Source: Candidatus Krumholzibacteriia bacterium
Lineage (GTDB): Bacteria; Krumholzibacteriota; Krumholzibacteriia; LZORAL124-64-63
Assembly: GCA_046484865.1 (NCBI GenBank)
Contig: JAWOID010000018.1
Location: forward strand, 1 to 64,000
Length of the DNA stretch: 64,000 nt
Direction of reading: 5' to 3'
The notes beneath the pieces are model-generated. The model saw only the letters and a program-made list of their open reading frames with translations, was not told the origin of the DNA and did no database searches. Shown in pieces: positions 1 through 7,522 of the stretch. The position numbers were made by a program, and so were the translations under genes. The first letter of the stretch is position 1, and every line of letters starts with the position of its first letter.

Positions 1-1
1 G

Positions 2-631
2 CAGGCTGCGGGAGTCGGGGAACTCGGCCTCGGTGCCCACGTCGGTGCGGCTGGCCGCCCGTCGCCACCCGTCGCCGTCGCGCAGGAAGATCACGCCGTG
101 CTGCGGGCGCAAGTACCGGAACATGCGATCGAGGATCAGATCGAGCAGTTCTGCCACCGTTCCCGGGCGCGAGAGGGCGGCATGGACCTCGTTGACGATC
201 CGCATCCGGTCGGCGTACCGGGCAATTCCGTCCGGCTCGCCGTTCAGACCCGCGCTGCTGCCGCGATCCTGCTCGAGGATCGCCGAGGCGCAGAGCAGCA
301 CGCTGTCGAGCGGCTCCCGGCCGGCCGGCGCCGGCGCCGGGTCGGGGACCACCAGCAGGCGCACGACGTCGCTCCCGAGCACGATGACGTCGCCGTCGGC
401 GATCGTCTGCGGTCGTGTGATCCGGCTGCCGTTCACGAAGGTGCCGTTGCTGGAGGCGAGGTCCTCGACCGACCATCCCGTCGGGGAGCGGAAGATTCGC
501 GCGTGGCGACGCGATATCGAACGGTGGTCGATCACGATATCGGCGCTCGCCGAGCGGCCGATCACCGCCTCGTCACCCGCGAGCGTCTGTTCCCAGCGAT
601 CGCCTCGCTCGGGCTCGATACGCAGGATCAT
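2..631 (-). CDS. FHA domain + GAF-like domain regulatory protein, N-terminal part (runs off the left edge; possibly a SpoIIE/PP2C phosphatase)
   Basis: Not in the ORF track; manual translation from ATG 631 (GGAGG SD): MILRIEPERGDRWEQTLAGDEAVIGRSASADIVIDHRSISRRHARIFR...VEDLASSNGTFVNG (FHA GR, SRxHA, SSNGTFVNG motifs), then GAF-like VNEVHAALSRPGTVAELLDLILDRMFRYLRPQHGVIFL. Confidence 0.85.
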   Translation of the reverse strand, partial: MILRIEPERGDRWEQTLAGDEAVIGRSASADIVIDHRSISRRHARIFRSPTGWSVEDLASSNGTFVNGSRITRPQTIADGDVIVLGSDVVRLLVVPDPAPAPAGREPLDSVLLCASAILEQDRGSSAGLNGEPDGIARYADRMRIVNEVHAALSRPGTVAELLDLILDRMFRYLRPQHGVIFLRDGDGWRRAASRTDVGTEAEFPDSRSL

Positions 632-700
632 GCCTGCCTCCCCTCCGTGCCGGACGGCGACCCTCGCGCAGCTTACCACGCGAGGCGTGGTTACCGGAAT

Positions 701-750
701 CCCCGCCACGTCGCCCCGCCACGTCGCCTCGCCTCGTCGCCTCGCTTGCC
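701..750. repeat. 13-bp tandem direct repeat, about 3.5 copies (CCCCGCCACGTCG x2, CCTCGCCTCGTCG, partial)
   Basis: Read directly in the divergent intergenic region. Confidence 0.7.
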
Positions 751-775
751 AGCAGCGGTCGGCGCGTGCTAGCAT
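746..775 (+). promoter_or_regulatory. Putative sigma70-type promoter for the rsbW-like operon
   Basis: TTGCCA-N18-TAGCAT upstream of ORF 805. Confidence 0.45.
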
Positions 776-804
776 CTCGACGGGGATGAGGTCTCATCCC
801 TGCC

Positions 805-1254
805 GTGCAGCTCCGCTGGAACACCCCGCCCCGAGACCCTTCCCCGCAGACCATGGTGAGCGTGCGCTTAGCCCGGGACCTGGCGGCCCTTCCGGACGCC
901 TTCGCGGCCGTGGCGCTGTTCTGCGTCGAGCGGCCGGAGGCCGGGAGTTCGCAGCCCGCGCTCGAACTCGTGGTGGAGGAGCTGTTCACGAATCTCGTGC
1001 GACACAACCAGGGGGGCGGCAGCGACATCGTGCTCGAACTGGCATGGTCCGACGGCGCGCTGCGAATCCTGCTGATCGACCGCGAGGTCGACGATTTCGA
1101 GTCGCCCGTGGCGCTGCCCCCGCCGGACCGGCGCGCGCCGCGGATGAACCGGGAGGGCGGGCTGGGCATCCCGCTCGTGCGCGGACTCTGCGATGAACTG
1201 GTGTACGACTATCGCGACCGGACCGTGACGGTGACCGCTGTCAAGCGCCTGTGA
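805..1254 (+). CDS. RsbW/SpoIIAB-like anti-sigma Ser/Thr kinase (HATPase_c_2)
   Basis: ELVVEELFTNLVRH (N box) and REGGLGIPLVRGLCDELVY (G2 box); adjacent STAS gene; start may be ATG 853. Confidence 0.85.
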   Translation: MQLRWNTPPRDPSPQTMVSVRLARDLAALPDAFAAVALFCVERPEAGSSQPALELVVEELFTNLVRHNQGGGSDIVLELAWSDGALRILLIDREVDDFESPVALPPPDRRAPRMNREGGLGIPLVRGLCDELVYDYRDRTVTVTAVKRL

Positions 1255-1262
1255 GGAAGGCC

Positions 1263-1547
1263 ATGTTCGACATCCAGAGGATCGGGGACCACACGGTCGT
1301 GCTCTCGGGACGTCTCGATGCCTCCCAGGCGACCCGGGCGCGCGAGGTGTTCGAGGGGATCGACGAGTCGAGCACGGTGGACCTGCGTGATCTCGAGTAC
1401 GTGTCGAGCGCCGGCCTGGGCATCCTCGTCTCGACCCAGCTGCGGCTCGCGGGTCGCGGCGAACGGCTGACGCTGGTCAATCCGACGTCGCACGTGCGCG
1501 AACTCCTGCACATCACCGGTCTCGACGCGATCCTGCAGATCGATTGA
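1263..1547 (+). CDS. STAS-domain anti-sigma factor antagonist (RsbV/SpoIIAA-like)
   Basis: LSGRLDA...VDLRDLEYVSSAGLGIL motif with the phosphorylatable Ser; ends ELLHITGLD; SD GAGGAAGG before ATG 1263. Confidence 0.9.
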   Translation: MFDIQRIGDHTVVLSGRLDASQATRAREVFEGIDESSTVDLRDLEYVSSAGLGILVSTQLRLAGRGERLTLVNPTSHVRELLHITGLDAILQID

Positions 1548-1567
1548 AACGCCGCCCGATATTTCGA

Positions 1568-1592
1568 CCAACTTCGGCCACGGTCTCGTGTA
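1568..1592 (+). promoter_or_regulatory. Putative ECF-sigma promoter CCAAC-N16-TGTA (autoregulatory)
   Basis: Same elements and spacing recur at 2937-2961; AAC-N16-xGTA is ECF-like. Confidence 0.6.
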
Positions 1593-1604
1593 CGTGGGAG
1601 AGAC

Positions 1605-2135
1605 ATGGACGAGCGCATCATCGACAGGGTGCTCGAGGGTGATCGGAAGGCGTTCGCGATGCTGGTGTCCGCATACGAAAAACCGGTGTACAACGTGGCC
1701 TACCGTATCCTGCACCATCCGGAGGATGCCGCGGATGCGACCCAGTCGACCTTCCTGAAGGCGTATCAGAAGCTGGAGACCTTCGACCGCGAACGCCGCT
1801 TCTTCAGCTGGCTCTATCGCATCGCGATCAACGAGGCCATCAACCTGCGACGCGGTCGCCGCCCCGGCGCCGAGGCGGCGCTCGACCTGCCGTCGGCGGG
1901 GCCGTCGCCGGAGGACGACTACGAGCTGACGGAACTGTGCGAGGCGCTGGAGCGGGCGTTGTCGGGCATGAGCCTCGAACACCGCGTGGTCGTGATCCTG
2001 AAGCACCTGCTGGCGCTCTCCTACGCCGAGATCGCCGAGATCCTCGAGATTCCCGAGAAGACGGTCAAGAGCCGACTGTACGAGGGCCGCCAGGCCCTCA
2101 AGAGCCGGCTCGTCGCGCAGGGGTACGTCGGATGA
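1605..2135 (+). CDS. ECF RNA polymerase sigma factor
   Basis: Region 2 DAADATQSTFLKAY...FFSWLYRIAINEAIN; region 4 LSYAEIAEILEIPEKTVKSRLYEGR. Confidence 0.95.
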   Translation: MDERIIDRVLEGDRKAFAMLVSAYEKPVYNVAYRILHHPEDAADATQSTFLKAYQKLETFDRERRFFSWLYRIAINEAINLRRGRRPGAEAALDLPSAGPSPEDDYELTELCEALERALSGMSLEHRVVVILKHLLALSYAEIAEILEIPEKTVKSRLYEGRQALKSRLVAQGYVG

Positions 2136-2926
2136 ACGGCGGGCGGATCGACGACCTGATCAACGGCGAGATCGACGGGGTCAACGGTCCCGCCGACTGC
2201 GACGAGCTGGCCGCCCTGCTGCGCCTCGATCCGGAGGCCCGGCGGCGCCGGGAGGAGTTACGCGAGGCGGTCGGCCTGCTCGAGCGTCTCAGGCCGGTCG
2301 AGCCGCCCGCGGCGCTCCGCGGTCGCATCCTGGCGGCCATGGACGAAGCCGTCTCCCAGGGGGATGGGAGAGGGGCCGGCACAATGCCGGCGCGAGAGGC
2401 GCTGCCCCGTCTGCTCGACTGGTTCCGGCGGCCGGTGCCGATCCCGGCCTTCGCGGTGGTCGCGGTGGCGGCCGTGATCGTGATCGCCGTGGGCCTGCGG
2501 ATCGAGACCGGGCCGCGGCAGCCCGCGTCGCGGGATCTGCTGGGCGTTGTGCTGCCGGCGGATGCCCCGGCGCTGGCGGTCTTCCAGGCCGCCGCGCCGG
2601 CCGTGCGCGGTGCCTGGCGTTCCGCGCCGCATGGCGAACGGACGTTGCTGAGACTCGATCTGGAGTCCGAACGACCGGTGGTCATGTCGGTGGACGCCGG
2701 CGCCGGCGCCTCGTGGGCGGGATACGTGAGCCCGCAGCCGCCGGCGGGTGGGGGGGGGATCGACGGCGGCCGGATCGAACTGAGGGGGCTGGCGAGCGGC
2801 CAGCACGTTCTGCTCTTGCAGCAGGTTTCACCCGGGCCCATCACGCTGAGGGCCAGGATCACCGCGGACGGAGCCGTCATCGACGAGAGGGTGTTCACGG
2901 TGGGGCGAGATCGACGCGACGACTGA
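2132..2926 (+). CDS. Membrane-spanning anti-sigma factor (degenerate zf-HC2-like N-terminus, single TM, extracytoplasmic beta-rich domain)
   Basis: ATGA overlap with the sigma stop; IDDLINGEIDG..LLRLDPEARRRREEL..VEPPAALRGRILAA; TM AFAVVAVAAVIVIAVGL. Confidence 0.8.
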   Translation: MNGGRIDDLINGEIDGVNGPADCDELAALLRLDPEARRRREELREAVGLLERLRPVEPPAALRGRILAAMDEAVSQGDGRGAGTMPAREALPRLLDWFRRPVPIPAFAVVAVAAVIVIAVGLRIETGPRQPASRDLLGVVLPADAPALAVFQAAAPAVRGAWRSAPHGERTLLRLDLESERPVVMSVDAGAGASWAGYVSPQPPAGGGGIDGGRIELRGLASGQHVLLLQQVSPGPITLRARITADGAVIDERVFTVGRDRRDD

Positions 2927-2936
2927 AAACAGGCTC

Positions 2937-2961
2937 CCAACACTTCGCCTGCCACGTTGTA
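2937..2961 (+). promoter_or_regulatory. Putative ECF-sigma promoter CCAAC-N16-TGTA for the repeat-protein operon
   Basis: Matches the motif at 1568-1592; followed by SD AGGAGG and ATG 3008. Confidence 0.6.
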
Positions 2962-3007
2962 TGTCCATCTGAAGGCCGTATCCGGAACCGGACCAGGAGG
3001 TTGTCCC

Positions 3008-4417
3008 ATGAACAGGAATCGTTGGTACGTCGGTGCAGCGCTGGTGGTGGTCGTCGCGGTCATCGGTTACTTCGCGTTCTTCTACCCGCCGGCCGAGGAG
3101 CCGGACGTTCGCGGCACGGTGGGTGCCGCGCAGAGGCATCAGGAAACCCAGATCACGGCCGCCGACGTGCGGCTCGACGATCCGGAACTTCAGCGGGTGC
3201 TCCAGAGCGATGCTTTCCACCGTCTGGCGCAGGACGGTGTGTTCCAGGATCTGATGGCGAATCCGGCGTTCGCCGCGGCCCTGGCCTGCCCGGAGTTCTG
3301 CCGGGCCCTCGCAGTGCCGGAGATGCACCGGGTCCTCGCATCGCCGGAGTTCCAGGCGGCGCTGGCCAGCGCGCAGGTGCGCCAGGCGCTGGCCCGCCCG
3401 GAGATCCAGCTCGCCATGGCCAACCCGCAGATGCACCAGGCCCTGGCCGCTCCGCAGATGCAGGCGGCCCTGGCCAGTCCGCAACTCCAGGCCGCCCTGG
3501 CGAATCCCCAGGTGTTCGAGGCGCTCGCCAGCCCGCAGATGCAGCAGGCCATGGCGCGTCCCGACGTGAGCGCGGCGCTGGCGTCGCCCGAGTTCCAGCA
3601 GATCATGGCGGGTCCGCAGATGCATCTCGCCCTGGCGAGTCCCGAGTTCTGTCAGGCTCTGGCCAGCCCGCAGCTGCGCCAGGCACTGGCCTCGCCCGAC
3701 TTCCGGCAGGCGCTCGCCAAGCCGGAGTTTCAGCGGGCGCTGGCCAGCAAGGACCTCCAGGCGGCGCTGGCCCGTCCGGACGTCCGGGAAGCCCTGGCGA
3801 GCCCGGCGCTCGAGACGGCCATGGCCAACCCTCGGTTCGCCGCCGCCCTGGCCAGTCCTCAGGTGTGCCGGGCTCTGGCCAGCCCGGAGCTGTCGCAGTC
3901 GCTGGCCCGCCCCGAGCTCCAGGCAGCCCTCGCGCGGCCCGACGTCCAGGCGGCCCTGGCCCGCCCCGAGTTGCAGGCTGCTCTCGCCACCCCGCAATTG
4001 ACCCGGGCGCTCGCCAGCCCGTCGCTGCACGCGGCCCTGGCCCGGCCCGACATCCAGGCCGCCCTGGCCTCACCGCACCTGCACGCGGCGCTCGCCAATC
4101 CCGACCTGCGCCAGGCCCTGGCCTCGCCCGACCTGCACCGGGCGCTCGCCGGTCCGCAGCTGAGCGCCGCGCTGGCCCGGCCTGAGATCTGTGCGGCTCT
4201 CGCCAGCCCGCAGTTCCAGAGCGCCATGGCGAGTGCCCGATTCCAGAACGTTCTCGCGACTCCGGCGTTCTGCGCGGCACTCGCCAGTCCCCAGCTGCAG
4301 CTCGCACTGGCCCATCCGCAACTGGGACAGGTCATGGCCAACCCGAAGTTCGCCGCGGCCCTGGCCAATCCCCGGTTCCAGGAATCGATGGCCATGAAGG
4401 TGAAGGCCGAGATGTGA
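3008..4417 (+). CDS. Membrane-anchored 9-residue tandem-repeat protein (about 45 x LA[S/R/N]P[E/Q/D][L/F/M/V]xxA), unknown function
   Basis: Strong SD; N-terminal RNRW plus hydrophobic anchor; residues 56-469 parse into 46 gap-free nonamers. Confidence 0.9.
   Translation: MNRNRWYVGAALVVVVAVIGYFAFFYPPAEEPDVRGTVGAAQRHQETQITAADVRLDDPELQRVLQSDAFHRLAQDGVFQDLMANPAFAAALACPEFCRALAVPEMHRVLASPEFQAALASAQVRQALARPEIQLAMANPQMHQALAAPQMQAALASPQLQAALANPQVFEALASPQMQQAMARPDVSAALASPEFQQIMAGPQMHLALASPEFCQALASPQLRQALASPDFRQALAKPEFQRALASKDLQAALARPDVREALASPALETAMANPRFAAALASPQVCRALASPELSQSLARPELQAALARPDVQAALARPELQAALATPQLTRALASPSLHAALARPDIQAALASPHLHAALANPDLRQALASPDLHRALAGPQLSAALARPEICAALASPQFQSAMASARFQNVLATPAFCAALASPQLQLALAHPQLGQVMANPKFAAALANPRFQESMAMKVKAEM
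3173..4387 (+). repeat. Degenerate 27-bp coding tandem repeat array (45 units)
   Basis: Recurring ctggcc(agc/cgc/aac)ccg units every 27 nt, with synonymous variation. Confidence 0.85.
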
Positions 4418-4443
4418 CGTGAGAGCGATCGGCTGAACCAGCG

Positions 4444-4475
4444 GGAGGCCGCCCTGCCGGAGCAGGGCGGCTTCC
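4444..4475 (+). terminator. 14-bp GC-rich hairpin without U-tract (mRNA stabiliser or weak terminator)
   Basis: GGAGGCCGCCCTGC-CGGA-GCAGGGCGGCTTCC between the repeat gene and the OMP gene. Confidence 0.55.
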
Positions 4476-4495
4476 ACTCGCCGGGAGAGACCCGC

Positions 4496-7400
4496 ATGGT
4501 GTTCCCGTGGACGAGGCTCCTTGCGACCGCCAGCCGGGCGACCCGTCTTCGAGCGCGCCGCGGTGGTGCTCGGCGCCTCCCGCGGCGCCCGGCGTTGCGG
4601 CGCTGCCTGGTACCGGTGATCCTGATCGTCGGATCCGCTCCCGCCGCCGCCCAGCTGTCCTGCCTCGAGACCGATCGCCTGCGTCTGGTTTACCTCGACC
4701 CGCACCAGTCGTGGCTCGTGCCGCACGTGGCGCGCTGCTTCGAGAACTCCCTGCGACGCCAATCGCAGCTGTTCACGTACGATCCGGCGGAGAAGATCAA
4801 CGTCATCCTCAACGACTTCGCCGATTACGGCAACGGCGGCGCCGGCACCGTGCCGCGCAACGGGCTGCTCCTCTACATCGCCCCCATGAACTACGCCTAC
4901 GAGACCTACCCCGCGAACGAGCGCATCAACACGCTGATGAATCACGAGCTGGTGCACATCGTGAACTACGATCGCTTCACCGGCGGCGACCGCTTCTGGC
5001 GGCGTCTGTTCGCGGGCAAGGTGGGCGAGACGCCCGAGCATCCCGAGACCATCATCTTCGGCTATCTCACCTCGCCCCGCGCCGCGGCGCCGCGCTGGTA
5101 TCACGAGGGGGTGGCGGTCTTCGTCGAGACCTGGATGGCCGGCGGCATCGGGCGCGCCCAGGGCTCGTACGACGAGATGGTGTTCCGTGCCAAGGTGGGA
5201 GACGGCAGCCGGTTCTACGATCCCCTCGGACTGGTCGCCGAGGGCACGAAGGTGGACTTCCAGCTGGAGCTGAACAGCTACCTCTACGGGACGCGGTTCG
5301 TCAGCTGGCTCGTGTACGAGTACGGTCCGGACGCCGTCTTGCGGTGGTACACCCGCAGCGAGGGGAGCAAGGCCCACTATGCGGCGCAGTTCGCCGCCGT
5401 GTTCGGGACGTCGCTCGGAGAAGCGTGGGCCGGCTGGATCTCGTTCGAGCACGAGTGGCAGCAGCGCAATCTGGCCGCCATCCGCCGCTTTCCGGTGACG
5501 CCGCATCGCGACCTCTCCGATCGCGCCCTGGGCTCGATCTCGCGCGCATGGTACGACCCGGAGCGACAGCGGATCTACGCGGGGTTGAACTACCCCGGCG
5601 TGGTCGCCCACGTGGGCGCGATCGACCTGCGGACCGGCGCGGTCGAACGTCTGACCGACGTCAAGGGACCGCTCATGTACAGCGTCACCTCGCTGGCGTG
5701 GGATCCCCGGCGCGCGCGGCTCTTCTACACCGCCGACAACTCGGCCTGGCGGGATCTGATCGAACTCGATCCGGAAACCGGCGCGACCCGTTGCCTGATG
5801 AAGGACCTGCGCGTGGGCGAGCTGGTGGTGGACCCGGTGGACGGCGCTCTCTGGGGGGTACGTCATTTCAACGGCCTCTGCACGCTGGTGCGGCTGCCCG
5901 TTCCGCACGACGACTGGCAACAGGTGCACACCTTCGACTACGGGCGGACCGTCTACAACCTCGACATCTCGCCCGACGGCAGCCTGCTGGCCGCCTCGAT
6001 CGGAGAGGTGACCGGCCGGCACGCGGTGCACGTCCTGCGCACCGACTCCCTCGCCGTCGGCTCGCCCGTCGCGGTCGCGAGCTTCGACTTCGGCAGCACG
6101 ATCCCGTCGAACTTCGTCTTCGATGAGACGGGGCGCCGGCTCTACGGCACCTCGTACTTCACCGGCGTGTCGAACGTCTTCCGCTACGATCTCGACACGG
6201 GCGAACTGCAGTGCCTGAGCAACACGGAGACCGGCTTCTTCCAGCCCGTGCCGGTAGGGGCCGACTCGCTGATCGTGTTCAGGTACACGGGGGACGGATT
6301 CCTGCCGGCGATGCTCGGCATCCACCCCATCGACGACGTCGAGCCGATCGCATTCCTCGGCGCCCGGATCTGGGAGCGCCATCCGGAGGTGCGGGACTGG
6401 AAGGTGCCATCGCCGGCGATAGTCCCGCTCGATTCGCTGGTCACCTACCGCGGACCCTATCGCGCGCTCTCCCGCGTGGAGGTGGAATCGGTGGTCCCGG
6501 TGGTGGAGGGCTACAAGGACGCGGTGGCCTATGGAGCGCACCTGCGCCTCTCCGATCCACTGGCGCTGCACTCTCTGGCCGCCACCGCGAGCTGGAGCCC
6601 GGACGGCAGGCTGGAGGGAGACGAGCGCCTGCACGCCGAGCTGTCTTACCGGCGCCACGACTGGCGACTGGACGCGGGCTGGAACGACGCCGATTTCTAC
6701 GACCTCTTCGGGCCCACCAAGACCAGCCGCAAGGGCTACCGTCTCGCCGCGGGCTACACGCGCACGCTGCTGTACGACCTGCCGCGCCAGCTCGACCTGA
6801 GCCTGGACCTGTCCTGGTGGGGGGGGCTCGAGCGTCTGCCTGCCTACCAGAACGTGCTGGCGTCGTACTCCGAGCTGTTGACGGGCCGCGTCCACCTCGG
6901 CTACCGGAACCTCCGCTTCTCGCTCGGGGCGGTCGACTACGAGAAGGGACACAGCTGGTCGCTCGCCCTCAGCGACAACCACGTCGCCGGGCGCAGTCTG
7001 CCGCAGGCGGTGGCGACGCTCGACGCCGGCCGTCCCCTGGGCTGGCACCACTCGTCGCTCTGGCTGCGTCTGGCCGGCGGCGTGGCGCCCGCCGAGCACG
7101 ACGACCCGTTCGCCAACTTCTACTTCGGGGGGTTCGGCAACAACTGGGTGGACCGGGGGGAGATCCGTCGCTACCGGCTCTGGTACGCGTTTCCTGGCCT
7201 GGACCTGAACGAGGTGGGCGGCACCAGCTTCGGGCGCGTCCTCCTCGACTGGAACCTGCCGCCGCTGCGGTTCCGCCGGCTGGGCAAGCCGTCCTTCCAT
7301 GCGACCTGGGCCCGGACGAGCCTCTTCGCCGGCGCGCTGGTGACCACCCCCGGCAACCCCGAGCACCGGCGTTCGCTCGCGACGCTGGGCGTGCAGACGG

Positions 7401-7522
7401 ACCTGCGCCTGGTGTTGCTCTCGCATCTGGAGATGACCGCGTCGGCGGGGTATGCGGTGGCCATCGAGCGCCACCGTGGACCCGGAGAGGAATTCATGGT
7501 CAGCCTGCAGATCCTCCGATGA
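4496..7522 (+). CDS. Large outer-membrane protein: gluzincin-type (Peptidase MA-like) domain + beta-propeller + C-terminal beta-barrel (Omp85-like architecture)
   Basis: Signal-like LVPVILIVGSAPAAA-Q; NHELVH...PRWYHEGVA zinc motif; propeller blades (AWYDPE, LAWDPR, LDISPDGS); alternating beta-strand C-terminus; start uncertain. Confidence 0.75.
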   Translation: MVFPWTRLLATASRATRLRARRGGARRLPRRPALRRCLVPVILIVGSAPAAAQLSCLETDRLRLVYLDPHQSWLVPHVARCFENSLRRQSQLFTYDPAEKINVILNDFADYGNGGAGTVPRNGLLLYIAPMNYAYETYPANERINTLMNHELVHIVNYDRFTGGDRFWRRLFAGKVGETPEHPETIIFGYLTSPRAAAPRWYHEGVAVFVETWMAGGIGRAQGSYDEMVFRAKVGDGSRFYDPLGLVAEGTKVDFQLELNSYLYGTRFVSWLVYEYGPDAVLRWYTRSEGSKAHYAAQFAAVFGTSLGEAWAGWISFEHEWQQRNLAAIRRFPVTPHRDLSDRALGSISRAWYDPERQRIYAGLNYPGVVAHVGAIDLRTGAVERLTDVKGPLMYSVTSLAWDPRRARLFYTADNSAWRDLIELDPETGATRCLMKDLRVGELVVDPVDGALWGVRHFNGLCTLVRLPVPHDDWQQVHTFDYGRTVYNLDISPDGSLLAASIGEVTGRHAVHVLRTDSLAVGSPVAVASFDFGSTIPSNFVFDETGRRLYGTSYFTGVSNVFRYDLDTGELQCLSNTETGFFQPVPVGADSLIVFRYTGDGFLPAMLGIHPIDDVEPIAFLGARIWERHPEVRDWKVPSPAIVPLDSLVTYRGPYRALSRVEVESVVPVVEGYKDAVAYGAHLRLSDPLALHSLAATASWSPDGRLEGDERLHAELSYRRHDWRLDAGWNDADFYDLFGPTKTSRKGYRLAAGYTRTLLYDLPRQLDLSLDLSWWGGLERLPAYQNVLASYSELLTGRVHLGYRNLRFSLGAVDYEKGHSWSLALSDNHVAGRSLPQAVATLDAGRPLGWHHSSLWLRLAGGVAPAEHDDPFANFYFGGFGNNWVDRGEIRRYRLWYAFPGLDLNEVGGTSFGRVLLDWNLPPLRFRRLGKPSFHATWARTSLFAGALVTTPGNPEHRRSLATLGVQTDLRLVLLSHLEMTASAGYAVAIERHRGPGEEFMVSLQILR

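Noticed and set aside
33..1196. 387-aa and 224-aa plus-strand ORFs at the left edge
   Set aside because: Shadows of the minus-strand FHA-GAF gene and the RsbW-like gene; no motifs.
3173..4387. Repeat array as a CRISPR array or multi-core RiPP precursor
   Set aside because: No identical repeats with unique spacers and no cas genes; units are contiguous with no cleavage motifs, and no RiPP-modifying enzymes are nearby.
2713..4497. Repetitive alternative-frame and antisense ORFs over the repeat gene
   Set aside because: By-products of the 27-bp coding periodicity; only 3008..4417 has an SD, a membrane anchor and normal codon bias.
4070..7474. 1134-aa minus-strand ORF
   Set aside because: Antisense shadow of the OMP gene, typical of high-GC DNA.
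6211..7518. Long N-terminal extension of the PrsW ORF (774 aa in the track)
   Set aside because: Overlaps the OMP gene out of frame; the real start is ATG 7519, coupled to the OMP stop.
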